64,000 nt of DNA, from NCBI GenBank assembly GCA_019634005.1, contig JAHQWD010000003.1, positions 240,539 to 304,538 of the forward strand. The letters run 5' to 3'. Shown here piece by piece: positions 9,803 through 18,853 of the stretch (position 1 is the first letter of the stretch; every line of letters begins with the position of its first letter). The notes beneath the pieces were generated by a model. That model was not told where the DNA came from. It was given only the letters and a program-made list of their open reading frames with translations, and did not search any database. Made by a program: the position numbers and the translations under genes. The DNA comes from Candidatus Kaiserbacteria bacterium (GTDB lineage Bacteria > Patescibacteriota > Minisyncoccia > Phycocordibacterales > UBA918).

Positions 9803-12451
9803 TCACGCAGTACGATACTTAAAGAAAATCGTCTTTCCAAGCTCTATAACGAACATAGAGACAATACCGTAGAGTACTGCAGCGCTCATATCAACAAAGG
9901 AAAGCGGCTGATATGAGAGGAGGTACTGAAGGGGCGGCAACGTAATAGCAAGGATAAGAAGGAGGATACTCACTCCAAATGAGCCAAGGAAGAACTTATT
10001 GGTATAGAACGGTATGTGCCAGAATGGTGTATCCAATGATCTAAAGAGGAACGCGATGAAGAGCGAATCAACAGCAACACTGAGGAACATAATGCTTCGC
10101 ATACGCTCGACATCAAAGCCAAGATGATTGATAAAGAGATAGAATGCGACAAGGAGTGTGCTTAAGATCACCACGACAAGACCAATAAACTCCAACATCT
10201 CTTTTGTGATAATCCCCCGTTTGCGGATATGCTCTGGACGCATCTTCATTGCATTCTTATCTCCTGGTTCAAAGGAGAATGCGACACTCATGAATCCTTC
10301 TTCAATAATATTTGCCCACAAGATCTGTGCGGGAAGGAGTGGAATTGGCGCTCCAACTAACAGTGCCGTCCCAATGAGTGCCACCTCCGTGAGACTGGTA
10401 GAGAGGAGGTATGCAACAATTTTCCGTAGATTGGCAATGATTCGCCTTCCCTCTTCAATCGCCGCGTACATGATATCAAAACCATCATTAACCAAGATGA
10501 GGTCAGATGCTTCCTGCGCCACCTCTGTTCCGCTCCCCAGTGCCACACCAATATTCGCCTTCTGAAGTGCAGGAGCATCGTTTACCCCATCCCCCGTCAT
10601 CGCAACCACTTCATCGTGTTTCTGCAAGACCTCCGCAAGACGCAACTTCTGCTTTGGCAGGACTCTCGCAAACACTTTCACTGTTTGGAGGATGTCATAG
10701 AGTTCCTCGTCAGAGAACTCCGCGATATCTTTTCCCGTCATAACAATGTCATGCTCTCCCGCGATACCAACAGCACGTGCAATAGAGAGGGCTGTCTCTG
10801 GATTGTCTCCTGTCACAAGACGTACTTCCGCCCCTGCCTCTTGCACCCCTTTGATAGCACCATCAACTCCTTCACGAATTGGGTCATCAAAGACCAAAAG
10901 TCCCGCAAAGGTCAGATTTTTCATGATGTCGTCAGCATCTTCGGGAAGTTCTGGAGAGGAGACCGACCGATGCCCAACCGCAATGATACGCTTCCCTTCC
11001 TCCGTCAGTTTCTGTATCTGTTCTCTATAGAAAATCGATTCCTTCTCCCCAATGTCTGTTGCTGCCTCCAGTATGTATTCAGGTGCTCCATTTACACAGA
11101 GCTGGTATCCTTCTGTTCCATTCTTGCTAAAGATATTGATCCCCGCCGCAAACCTATTCTCTGAGGTAAACGCAAGGTATGCAGAACGTGTCCGCCTGAT
11201 CTCTTCGCTACTCTTTGCAACACCCATATCAAGCGCCTTCTCCAGAATGGCACGTTCCATTGGCTCTCCTCGGAGCGTGAAGTTATCGGTACCATTGCTG
11301 TCTTGCTCATCGATGTAGGCGTCAGAAGCAGAGAGTGCCGTGGTGAGTATATGTTTGGTAGTCTCTTCCTCCTCTCCCCCTTGATACACAATGTCTGTCA
11401 GGGTCATGTGTGCCTTTGTGAGCGTCCCTGTCTTATCGGTCAGAACAAATGTTGTTGATCCCAATGTCTCTGCCGCCAAGAGGTTTCGTACGAGTCCTCC
11501 ACGATTGAGGAGCGCCTCCATAGCAACCGCAAGTACAATGGTGACCGCAGCAGGAAGTCCTTCTGGAATGGAAGCAACCGCGATTGCAACCGAGGTCAGG
11601 AGCATGGTCTCAAGTGGTACATTGTGCAGTACTCCAATGGCAAAGATGACCGCAACCAACACGATGATGATATAGAACATCAGTCGCGATACCTTTTGCA
11701 TCTCCCTTTGGAGCGGGGTTACCTCATCCTCTATAGTGCTCAGTGACTCTGCAAGTTGCCCTACCTCTGTCTTGTCTCCTGTCGCAACGACCACACCTTG
11801 TCCATATCCATTAACGACAAACGTTCCTTTCCATCCCATGGAGTGACGTTCTGCAAACGGTGTACCTACACTGACTGGCGGGATATCCTTCCATACAGGA
11901 AGCCACTCCCCTGTCAGTGCCGCTTCGTTAAGCGTGAGATCACGGGTCTCGATAAACCGAATATCAGCAGGCACCTGCATACCGCTCTGCAATACCACGA
12001 TATCTCCTGGCACCAGCTCTGCGGCGGGAATCTCATGTCGTTTTCCATTTCGAAAGACAGTCGCTGTGTGAGACTGTGAAGCAGAGAGCTTTTCAAAAGC
12101 GCGTGATGCGCGCCCCTCTTGCAGTACGCCGATAACTACCGCGATTGCAAGAGCTATAGCGATAACCGTTGCGTCCACATATTCCTGCAACGAAAGTGTC
12201 ACGACAGCTGCAAGCAGAAGGATTACCGTAAGTGGGCTTCGCAACTGTTCAAAGATCTGACCAAACAGCGTCTTTCCCTTCTGCTCTGTAAACGCATTCG
12301 CGCCATGCTCCTTTCTTCGAAGAAGCACCATCTCTTCTGTGAGTCCATCCTCTGGCGTACGAAGACGGCTCCGCACTGTCTCTACAGGCAGTGCATGATA
12401 TGGAACTACTTCTTCATGTGGATGCGTGACATCCTGCTTCGTCGTTTGCAT
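9803..12451 (-). CDS. P-type cation-transporting ATPase (P2-type, Ca2+/Mg2+-like)
   Basis: DKTGTLT phosphorylation site, TGES-like actuator region, MTGDGVNDAPAL hinge; 882 aa, 10 TM topology. Confidence 0.9.
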   Translation of the reverse strand: MQTTKQDVTHPHEEVVPYHALPVETVRSRLRTPEDGLTEEMVLLRRKEHGANAFTEQKGKTLFGQIFEQLRSPLTVILLLAAVVTLSLQEYVDATVIAIALAIAVVIGVLQEGRASRAFEKLSASQSHTATVFRNGKRHEIPAAELVPGDIVVLQSGMQVPADIRFIETRDLTLNEAALTGEWLPVWKDIPPVSVGTPFAERHSMGWKGTFVVNGYGQGVVVATGDKTEVGQLAESLSTIEDEVTPLQREMQKVSRLMFYIIIVLVAVIFAIGVLHNVPLETMLLTSVAIAVASIPEGLPAAVTIVLAVAMEALLNRGGLVRNLLAAETLGSTTFVLTDKTGTLTKAHMTLTDIVYQGGEEEETTKHILTTALSASDAYIDEQDSNGTDNFTLRGEPMERAILEKALDMGVAKSSEEIRRTRSAYLAFTSENRFAAGINIFSKNGTEGYQLCVNGAPEYILEAATDIGEKESIFYREQIQKLTEEGKRIIAVGHRSVSSPELPEDADDIMKNLTFAGLLVFDDPIREGVDGAIKGVQEAGAEVRLVTGDNPETALSIARAVGIAGEHDIVMTGKDIAEFSDEELYDILQTVKVFARVLPKQKLRLAEVLQKHDEVVAMTGDGVNDAPALQKANIGVALGSGTEVAQEASDLILVNDGFDIMYAAIEEGRRIIANLRKIVAYLLSTSLTEVALIGTALLVGAPIPLLPAQILWANIIEEGFMSVAFSFEPGDKNAMKMRPEHIRKRGIITKEMLEFIGLVVVILSTLLVAFYLFINHLGFDVERMRSIMFLSVAVDSLFIAFLFRSLDTPFWHIPFYTNKFFLGSFGVSILLLILAITLPPLQYLLSYQPLSFVDMSAAVLYGIVSMFVIELGKTIFFKYRTA

Positions 12452-12487
12452 ACTTAGTGGTAGTATACCAACATAACGCTAAAAGAT

Positions 12488-12940
12488 ATGGAACTACATA
12501 CACAACTAAAGAACGAATTGAAAGAAGCACTCAAGGCAAAGGATACCGTGCGCCTTGGTGTTGTTCGCAATATTTTGACCGCAGCAACAAATGAGCTTGT
12601 GGCGACAGGAAAGACACCGCAGGACATGCTCGATGACGAAGGAGTACTCTCTGTCATCAAACGACTGGCAAAACAGCGTAAAGACTCTATCGAACAATAT
12701 GAATCCGCGGGACGCGATGAGCTTGCGCAGGTTGAGAAAGACGAGCTTGCTATCCTTGAGACCTATCTCCCTCAGATGATGTCTCTTGAAGAACTTGAGC
12801 CAATCGTCAAAGCAAAAATCGAGGAATTGGGTGTAGAAGACAAGAGCAAGATGGGACAACTTATTGGTTCCCTCATGGCAGATCTTAAAGGAAAAGCGGA
12901 CGGTGGAGATGTAAAGAGAGTTGTAGAGAAGCTACTCTAG
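12488..12940 (+). CDS. GatB/YqeY domain protein
   Basis: 150 aa; LKEALKAKD...LGVVRNILTA pattern typical of the YqeY family. Confidence 0.8.
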   Translation: MELHTQLKNELKEALKAKDTVRLGVVRNILTAATNELVATGKTPQDMLDDEGVLSVIKRLAKQRKDSIEQYESAGRDELAQVEKDELAILETYLPQMMSLEELEPIVKAKIEELGVEDKSKMGQLIGSLMADLKGKADGGDVKRVVEKLL

Positions 12941-12993
12941 ACAAGAGATCTAGGTGTGTTATAATACTGGTGGGACGGACAACTTAACCATAG

Positions 12994-13326
12994 GTGTTCA
13001 AAATGACTGAACAGAGTTTCTTTGAGAGATGGCAGTTTGATGAAGTGGTAGTCCGCTCAGGCCTTCAAGAAGGGCTTCTGAGGACTGTCGTTGATAAGAT
13101 TACGTCAAACTGTCTGTGCGTATATGGGAAAGTGTTGGGTTACGATACCATCCGAGATCAGGCCCTTCAGATGATACCTACCGAAAAACGGAGCATCTGC
13201 AGGAGTTTGGTTGACACGCTTCTGAGATCAAAACTCGGGGGCTGCAAGGAAGACTTCCGACCTGTCCATCATCGCACGAAACGCAACAAGAACATCCGCA
13301 GAGAAGGCCAACTAAGCCTCCTCTAG
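12994..13326 (+). CDS. hypothetical protein
   Basis: 110 aa ORF with its own TGTTATAAT extended -10 (12957-12965) and a downstream hairpin terminator; no recognisable motif. Confidence 0.4.
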   Translation: MFKMTEQSFFERWQFDEVVVRSGLQEGLLRTVVDKITSNCLCVYGKVLGYDTIRDQALQMIPTEKRSICRSLVDTLLRSKLGGCKEDFRPVHHRTKRNKNIRREGQLSLL

Positions 13327-13339
13327 CCAGTACATTCAA

Positions 13340-13374
13340 GGGCCGTCACCAGTTGACGGCCCTGATTGTTTTTA
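13340..13374 (+). terminator. rho-independent terminator
   Basis: gggccgtca-ccagt-tgacggccc hairpin followed by tgattgttttta. Confidence 0.5.
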
Positions 13375-14007
13375 TACCTCCCGCGCATTTTTAATATCAA
13401 ACTCCCCCACCTTCGTTCGCCGAAGACTCTGCAATACCGCAGGATAGCCAAGCCGCTTTCCAAATTCTTCTCCCAATGAACGAATATATGTACCACTTCC
13501 GACTGCAAATCGGACTTGTACAACACATCTAGTACCAGAACAGGAGTGGCTGAGATACTCTGCCTCAGTCACTTCCATGTCTCGTATAGGAGCTTCCACT
13601 GTCTCCCCTTTCCGCGCACGTTTATACATCGGAACACCATCTTTTTTAATTGCAGAGTATAAAGAGACAGGAAGCGTCAGTGTCCCGACCATACTTTGTA
13701 ATGTCTCCTCTATCTCCTCCTTGGAGATTTCTGGCACATCCTTTTCTTCGAGCACTTCACCTTCCATATCTCCCGTACTTCGGCTCTCTCCGAGAAGAAT
13801 CTCGGTCACATATTCTTTCGGCAATTTTATATACTCTGTCAGTTTCTTTGTCCCTGTACCCACACCGATGATCATAAGACCTGAAGCACGTGGATCGAGC
13901 GTCCCTGCGTGTCCCATCTTTTTTATTCCGAGCTCCTTCCGTAATCTACGGATGACATCAAAAGAAGTGATGCCAACGGGTTTGTCTACTAACAGGATCT
14001 CCTCCAT
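13372..14007 (-). CDS. truB: tRNA pseudouridine(55) synthase TruB (short form, no PUA domain)
   Basis: LLVDKPVGITSFDV and GHAGTLDPRASGLMIIG catalytic-Asp motif; 211 aa. Confidence 0.85.
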   Translation of the reverse strand: MEEILLVDKPVGITSFDVIRRLRKELGIKKMGHAGTLDPRASGLMIIGVGTGTKKLTEYIKLPKEYVTEILLGESRSTGDMEGEVLEEKDVPEISKEEIEETLQSMVGTLTLPVSLYSAIKKDGVPMYKRARKGETVEAPIRDMEVTEAEYLSHSCSGTRCVVQVRFAVGSGTYIRSLGEEFGKRLGYPAVLQSLRRTKVGEFDIKNAREV

Positions 14008-14954
14008 TACACAAATTGCGCGAGCTTAAGGACAAAGAAACCAAAGAAGACAAGGAGCATCAGTCCTTCCCATCGCATGATACGGCGTGCTAGACCCGTC
14101 ACAAAGAGAATTGCTGAGGAAGCAAGGAGGATCATGAGCCCTAATTCCATAACCACAGTATCTGCAACAAGTGGTGTGATTAGTCCTGGAATGCCAATGA
14201 CCATCAAAATATTAAACGCATTGGAGCCAAAGATATTTCCAACTGCAAGCTCTGCCTCCCCCTCTCCAATAGAGCGGAGGGAGATAAAGAGTTCGGGAAG
14301 TGATGTACCGAGTGCGATACCAATAATAGAAACAAGGCCGACAGAGACATTTAAGAAGGTGGCAATATTCAGCACCATATCAACCGTATACTTTGCACCA
14401 AAGAGTACTGCAATGAGTCCAAGACCAATGTATAGGATAGACTTCCACTCCAGCCTCGGTCGACGACCACTTCGCACAAGATCCACATCGTCGACATGCT
14501 CTGCTTCCGAAAAGAGGTACCACATGTATGCCCCGAAGACACAGAGAAGGAAGAGTGCCTCAATACGATCTATCGTGCCATCGAAGACCACGGAGAGGAA
14601 AAGTGCCGTGGAAATGAAGAAGATCGGCAGTTCCGTCTTAATAAGGTCGCGCTTAATGACAATCGGACCACCGAGAAGTGCCAACACTCCAACCACCAAC
14701 AATATATTGGTGATATTGGAACCAACTACGTTTGCCACCACAATCTCTGTTGCTCCTGTCCAGGCAGCAGCGATCGAAGAAGCAAGCTCTGGAAGTGATG
14801 TTCCAAAACCTACAATAAGTACACCAATAGCGAACTTGGACATGCCTAGTACACTTCCTACCTGTTTTGCCCCTACCACAAAGAAATCCGCTCCACGGAT
14901 CAGCACAAAGAGCGCAATAGCAAGAAAGACAATCCAAACGGTGAACTCCAACAT
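14007..14954 (-). CDS. CaCA family Na+/Ca2+ exchanger (YrbG-like)
   Basis: two alpha-repeat regions (GTSLPELASSIAAA and GTSLPELFISL), about 10 TM; 315 aa. Confidence 0.85.
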   Translation of the reverse strand: MLEFTVWIVFLAIALFVLIRGADFFVVGAKQVGSVLGMSKFAIGVLIVGFGTSLPELASSIAAAWTGATEIVVANVVGSNITNILLVVGVLALLGGPIVIKRDLIKTELPIFFISTALFLSVVFDGTIDRIEALFLLCVFGAYMWYLFSEAEHVDDVDLVRSGRRPRLEWKSILYIGLGLIAVLFGAKYTVDMVLNIATFLNVSVGLVSIIGIALGTSLPELFISLRSIGEGEAELAVGNIFGSNAFNILMVIGIPGLITPLVADTVVMELGLMILLASSAILFVTGLARRIMRWEGLMLLVFFGFFVLKLAQFV

Positions 14955-14983
14955 TACTTTTTATTATACGGTACAGGCACTTT

Positions 14984-16660
14984 TTACGTATGAAGACTGT
15001 GGACGAGTCGTGCGAGTCTAATATCGTTATAGTCGTACTGCTCTCCCGTTGCTTCAAAGAGTGGTTTGAGCTTCTCTGCACTATGTTCCGCTATTGCTGC
15101 GGTTACATCACTGTAGAGCGTGTCCCAGTGTGTGGGAAGGAGATGTTCTACATCCTTCTTTTTAAGTACGCCATCCTCCGCAAGTTTTTCAAGGTGCCCC
15201 CAAATTGTCGTCGGTGCCATTTTTCTTTCTTTCGCAATAGTCTCAACAGATTTTTTCTCCTTGAGAAGATCTTTTGTCTCTTCGTAGGTACTTCCCGTGC
15301 TCATGCGAGACTTACGCACAGATACGTCCCCGTCCTTTGGTATTTTTCCACCAGATGCCTCAATAAAATTATGATGCATTTTCTCTATGTCCTCTTTATC
15401 CATATCTGCAAAAGCTTCCTCTGCTTGTTCAGACTCTATATGAAAACGTTCATCCATACGGATAATCTTTGGATCTACCATAAGCGCATTTGCATTGAGT
15501 CCCAAGACTTTCATACCTGAGAGTGTCCGTACACGAGAGAGTGCTACATACCCCTGTCCGTACGTGAATGCATTCCTGAGATCTATCTCCGCAGCATCAA
15601 GGGACATCCCTTGGCTCTTATGGATAGTGATTGCCCACGCAAGGCGGAGCGGTACCTGAGAGATCTCTGCGAGCACTTTGTTATCTTCTGAGACACTCCA
15701 CGACGCAGGCATAACTTTAATCTCCTTCCCTGTTCCTGTTTCAATGACCGGATATCCGTCTTCGGAATCAAATGAGACCACTCTTCCGAGTGTTCCGTTT
15801 ACATACCCCGCCTCAAAGTTATTCTTGGTGCACATAACCATAGCTTCTGTGCGAAGCTCTAACAATTCTGGCGAGAGGCAGTTCTTCTTGAGCCCTTCAA
15901 GAAGAGGTTTCGATCCCCTCCCTTCCATCTTGAAGGTCGCGGATTCTGTAGAGAGCTTCTTTAGCTCTGTCTCATTCATTGCATCGACATCCTTGTTGTG
16001 TGTGAAAAGACGTGTGGGCTCTATGTGCTCCTGTTCTATCTCTGTCTGTTCTCCAAGGAGTGTGTAGTGCTCCTCCTCAATTTCGTTTTTTCGGATAGAG
16101 GTGAGGAGTCCAAGAAGCATCTCGTCTTCCTGTCGATGTTGCTCAGTTATGTAACAGGTGAGAAAACGTGCCGCATTCCACGCGTTGGATTCAAACGCAA
16201 AGCGATGCATATCTCCCCGCCGTGCAATTGGCGGGAGCTGGAAAAAGTCTCCGACCAATACCGTCTGGAGACCGCCGAAAGGTTCGGTGTTTCCTCGTAC
16301 TACCTTGCACACCTTATCCACCATATCGAGGAGTCTTCCGTCGAGCATGGAAATTTCGTCGATGACGAGCACCTTCGTCTTCCGTACTCTTTTTACAATC
16401 TTTTCTTTATTTGCAATGGCGTCGAGATCATAGGCGGAGAGTTCATCTCGTGCGCCGATACCACTCCATGCATGGATGGTCATACCACCAATATGTGTCG
16501 CTGCAATACCTGTTGATGCAGTGACTGCAACACTGACGTCACAGGCTTCTAACCACTCAATATACTGATTCAATACATATGTTTTCCCTGCTCCAGGCTC
16601 TCCAGTTAAAAATACATTACCGCCTGTTTTCAAAATATCGAGTGCCTCAGATTGTGTCAT
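14984..16660 (-). CDS. PIF1-family ATP-dependent DNA helicase with C-terminal HTH-like domain
   Basis: GEPGAGKTY Walker A, VLVIDEISML Walker B, GDFFQLPP and YVALSRVRTLSGM PIF1/RecD signatures; start set at in-frame ATG 16660, which directly follows TGCTACAAT-acctctc. Confidence 0.85.
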   Translation of the reverse strand: MTQSEALDILKTGGNVFLTGEPGAGKTYVLNQYIEWLEACDVSVAVTASTGIAATHIGGMTIHAWSGIGARDELSAYDLDAIANKEKIVKRVRKTKVLVIDEISMLDGRLLDMVDKVCKVVRGNTEPFGGLQTVLVGDFFQLPPIARRGDMHRFAFESNAWNAARFLTCYITEQHRQEDEMLLGLLTSIRKNEIEEEHYTLLGEQTEIEQEHIEPTRLFTHNKDVDAMNETELKKLSTESATFKMEGRGSKPLLEGLKKNCLSPELLELRTEAMVMCTKNNFEAGYVNGTLGRVVSFDSEDGYPVIETGTGKEIKVMPASWSVSEDNKVLAEISQVPLRLAWAITIHKSQGMSLDAAEIDLRNAFTYGQGYVALSRVRTLSGMKVLGLNANALMVDPKIIRMDERFHIESEQAEEAFADMDKEDIEKMHHNFIEASGGKIPKDGDVSVRKSRMSTGSTYEETKDLLKEKKSVETIAKERKMAPTTIWGHLEKLAEDGVLKKKDVEHLLPTHWDTLYSDVTAAIAEHSAEKLKPLFEATGEQYDYNDIRLARLVHSLHT

Positions 16661-16749
16661 GAGAGGTATTGTAGCATGAGGTAGAAATAACAGAGATGCC
16701 CCAGACACGTTGTGTCTGGGGCATAAAAAATGTACTTCCTCCCTGTTTG

Positions 16750-17283
16750 TTAGCTCCCTTGCGTCCATTCCTGGAACGCTTCGCCGACCGTCTTGAGAAC
16801 CAGGCGATAAAGCATCTCGTTTCGAGAGAATGCCGTAACGATCGAAATCTCGTCCTCCGCCATCCAGCCGGCCATGCGGGCAAGCGCCAGACAGAAGGCC
16901 TCATCGACAAGCTCCGGAAAGCCGGAGAAAGCTATGGCTGTGTCAGGAGCGGTACGAATACCGCCGCCCCATTGACCTTGGTCTGGATCACGGGTCTGCC
17001 AGCTTGAGGCCGCCACCTGATTTGCAAGGATACGCGTCGCCTTTTCTTGGGCAAGATGCTGGTATTTATCCGCCTTGGCTTCGTCTGGTTTGCCAAGCTG
17101 ATGAAGGCTGACCATCGGTTCGGAGGTCTGATACCCCTGAACCATAAGGCAGAGATACCCGCCTTTTTTGCCGTTACCATGCCTCTCTGCTACAGCAGTC
17201 ACCGAGGCTTCCGCAATGGAGAGAAGCGTCTCTGCATAGAGCCCTCCGCTCCTTGGCACAATTGCTTCAAGAACACTGTTCAT
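16750..17283 (-). CDS. GlcG/HbpS-like (DUF336) protein
   Basis: C-terminal GGGI...AIAFSGFPELVDEAFCLA matches the DUF336 GG..AIGVSG...DE.CA signature; GC-rich relative to neighbours; start set at ATG 17283 with an AAGGAA SD. Confidence 0.55.
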   Translation of the reverse strand: MNSVLEAIVPRSGGLYAETLLSIAEASVTAVAERHGNGKKGGYLCLMVQGYQTSEPMVSLHQLGKPDEAKADKYQHLAQEKATRILANQVAASSWQTRDPDQGQWGGGIRTAPDTAIAFSGFPELVDEAFCLALARMAGWMAEDEISIVTAFSRNEMLYRLVLKTVGEAFQEWTQGS

Positions 17284-17367
17284 GAGTTGTTCCTTTTGTT
17301 GTGAATATTCAGACTCTGAACTGACTGCAAAGGACAATACTATATAGATGACGCTTTGTCAAAAGTC

Positions 17368-18015
17368 TTATCTTGGTACTTCTACCCCTCTATACGCCTC
17401 TTCAGTCACAATTACATGATCAAGTAACTCAATACCGAGAAGCTCTCCTACTTCCTTGAGATGTTCTGTTACCAGTTCATCATCTTCAGATGGTGTACAG
17501 TCTCCAGACGGATGATTATGTGCCACCACAATACCAACAGCACCGTGACGAAGTGCAGGTTCAAAGACTTCTCGAGGATGTACAAGACTTGCGGTCAGCG
17601 TACCTATAGAAATGGTCTCTCGGGCAATGAGCACACCACGAGAATTAACATAAAATGCAACAAAGTGTTCTCGTCGAGACTCTCGTATATCTTTACACTG
17701 TATAAATACCTCCTCTGGTGTGAGCACAATGTGTGGTCTTGTGGCATAGCGCCTCTTTCCTAATTCCAGAACGGCAAGTACCTTCCCCGCTTTTACCTCT
17801 CCAAGTCCTTTAATTTTTGAGAGTGTCTTAAGGTCTACAGATTCTTCTTGATCGACTCTCTTTAAGATCTTACGCGAGAGTTGTACAACATTTGTCCCCC
17901 TCATACCAGAGCCAAGGATGGTAGCAAGGAGTTCTTCATCGTTAAGTTTGCCAATACCATATCGTGCAAGTTTTTCACGTGGACGAGTATATTTAGGAGC
18001 GTCTTGTATTTTCAT
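17368..18015 (-). CDS. radC: RadC-family JAB/MPN domain protein
   Basis: N-terminal HhH region (KGLGEVKAGK) and JAMM motif HNHPSGDCTPSEDD. Confidence 0.85.
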   Translation of the reverse strand: MKIQDAPKYTRPREKLARYGIGKLNDEELLATILGSGMRGTNVVQLSRKILKRVDQEESVDLKTLSKIKGLGEVKAGKVLAVLELGKRRYATRPHIVLTPEEVFIQCKDIRESRREHFVAFYVNSRGVLIARETISIGTLTASLVHPREVFEPALRHGAVGIVVAHNHPSGDCTPSEDDELVTEHLKEVGELLGIELLDHVIVTEEAYRGVEVPR

Positions 18016-18158
18016 AGTAAAAGAACATAGTTAATTGATAGTCTCAGCGTATCTGAAAGACTGGAGCGCAGAATTCTTTCTACCATATCACATTTGTGTT
18101 GACTCTCTGCTAAAAATAGAGCACCATACAGGCAGACGGACACGTTGAGGAGCTTAAC

Positions 18159-18599
18159 ATGAGCAACACGTCACCTTTCTCTGGAGACAGATGGGCTGGA
18201 AATCAGTCACAGTATCTTGGCGGTGAAGAGAGCTTCGCACTCGCCATCGCACTCCATCGCACGCTTGGGTGGTCTACCGTTGGTCTCTTCTCCGATGAGT
18301 CAACGATTTGCCATGCACTTGTGCGGGATTTCAGCGGGATGCATTTCGACATCCGAGGATACATTCCTTATGATGAAATCGGTAAGCCTTTCAGAATAAG
18401 GACGCAATCTTGCAACCTAAGGAGTGTCGACCCCAATGACCTTCTTAAGTCAAAGGGAGTCGACTCTGTGAAAATCGGAGGAGCGTTTCTTCTGGCCCAC
18501 GAGATTTGGCATGACCAACTTGATTGGCAAATACCAAAACTGGAGGCCAGAATATCCGCTTGGTTGTACGGGAAGAAGTTTCTTTGCAAGAGATCCTAA
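18159..18599 (+). CDS. hypothetical protein with C-terminal HExxH (possible ImmA/IrrE-like minimal metallopeptidase)
   Basis: 146 aa; LLAHEIWHD resembles the HE[LI]xH zincin motif of M78/ImmA-family proteins; otherwise unassigned. Confidence 0.35.
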   Translation: MSNTSPFSGDRWAGNQSQYLGGEESFALAIALHRTLGWSTVGLFSDESTICHALVRDFSGMHFDIRGYIPYDEIGKPFRIRTQSCNLRSVDPNDLLKSKGVDSVKIGGAFLLAHEIWHDQLDWQIPKLEARISAWLYGKKFLCKRS

Positions 18600-18608
18600 C
18601 AGACATTT

Positions 18609-18643
18609 GAGGCTTCGGTACCACCGAAGCCTCAACTTTTTTA
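18609..18643 (+). terminator. rho-independent terminator
   Basis: gaggcttcggt-acc-accgaagcctc, 11 bp stem, followed by aacttttttat. Confidence 0.6.
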
Positions 18644-18701
18644 TATACAAGACAAACCTAAAAAAATTTGGTATAACAGGGCACGTTCGCAAGAACAAAA
18701 A

Positions 18702-18773
18702 GGTCCCATCGTCTAGCGGCTAGGACGCGGCCCTCTCACGGCCGAAACCGGGGTTCGATTCCCCGTGGGATCA
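18702..18773 (+). tRNA. tRNA-Glu (anticodon CTC)
   Basis: cloverleaf: acceptor ggtccca/tgggatc, D-arm tctagcggctagga, anticodon loop ctCTCac, T-arm cggggttcgattccccg; no encoded CCA. Confidence 0.85.
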
Positions 18774-18853
18774 CAGATTTTCAAGCCATATTCTGCACCG
18801 TATTTTCAGGCACCCTATAGGGTGTTCAGAACTGGTATACTTGAAGGATTACT

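Noticed and set aside
12957-13374. About 400-nt promoter-to-terminator unit considered as a possible structured RNA (RNase P RNA or tmRNA)
   Set aside because: No P4 consensus (AGGAAAGUCCGG / ACAGAACCCGGCUUA) and no tRNA-like 3' end were found. The region contains a clean 110-codon ORF, so it was kept as a hypothetical CDS.
14077-15021. 314-aa plus-strand ORF antisense to the CaCA exchanger gene
   Set aside because: Ser/Thr/Pro/Arg-rich low-complexity shadow ORF opposite a well-supported membrane protein gene. It has no start context.
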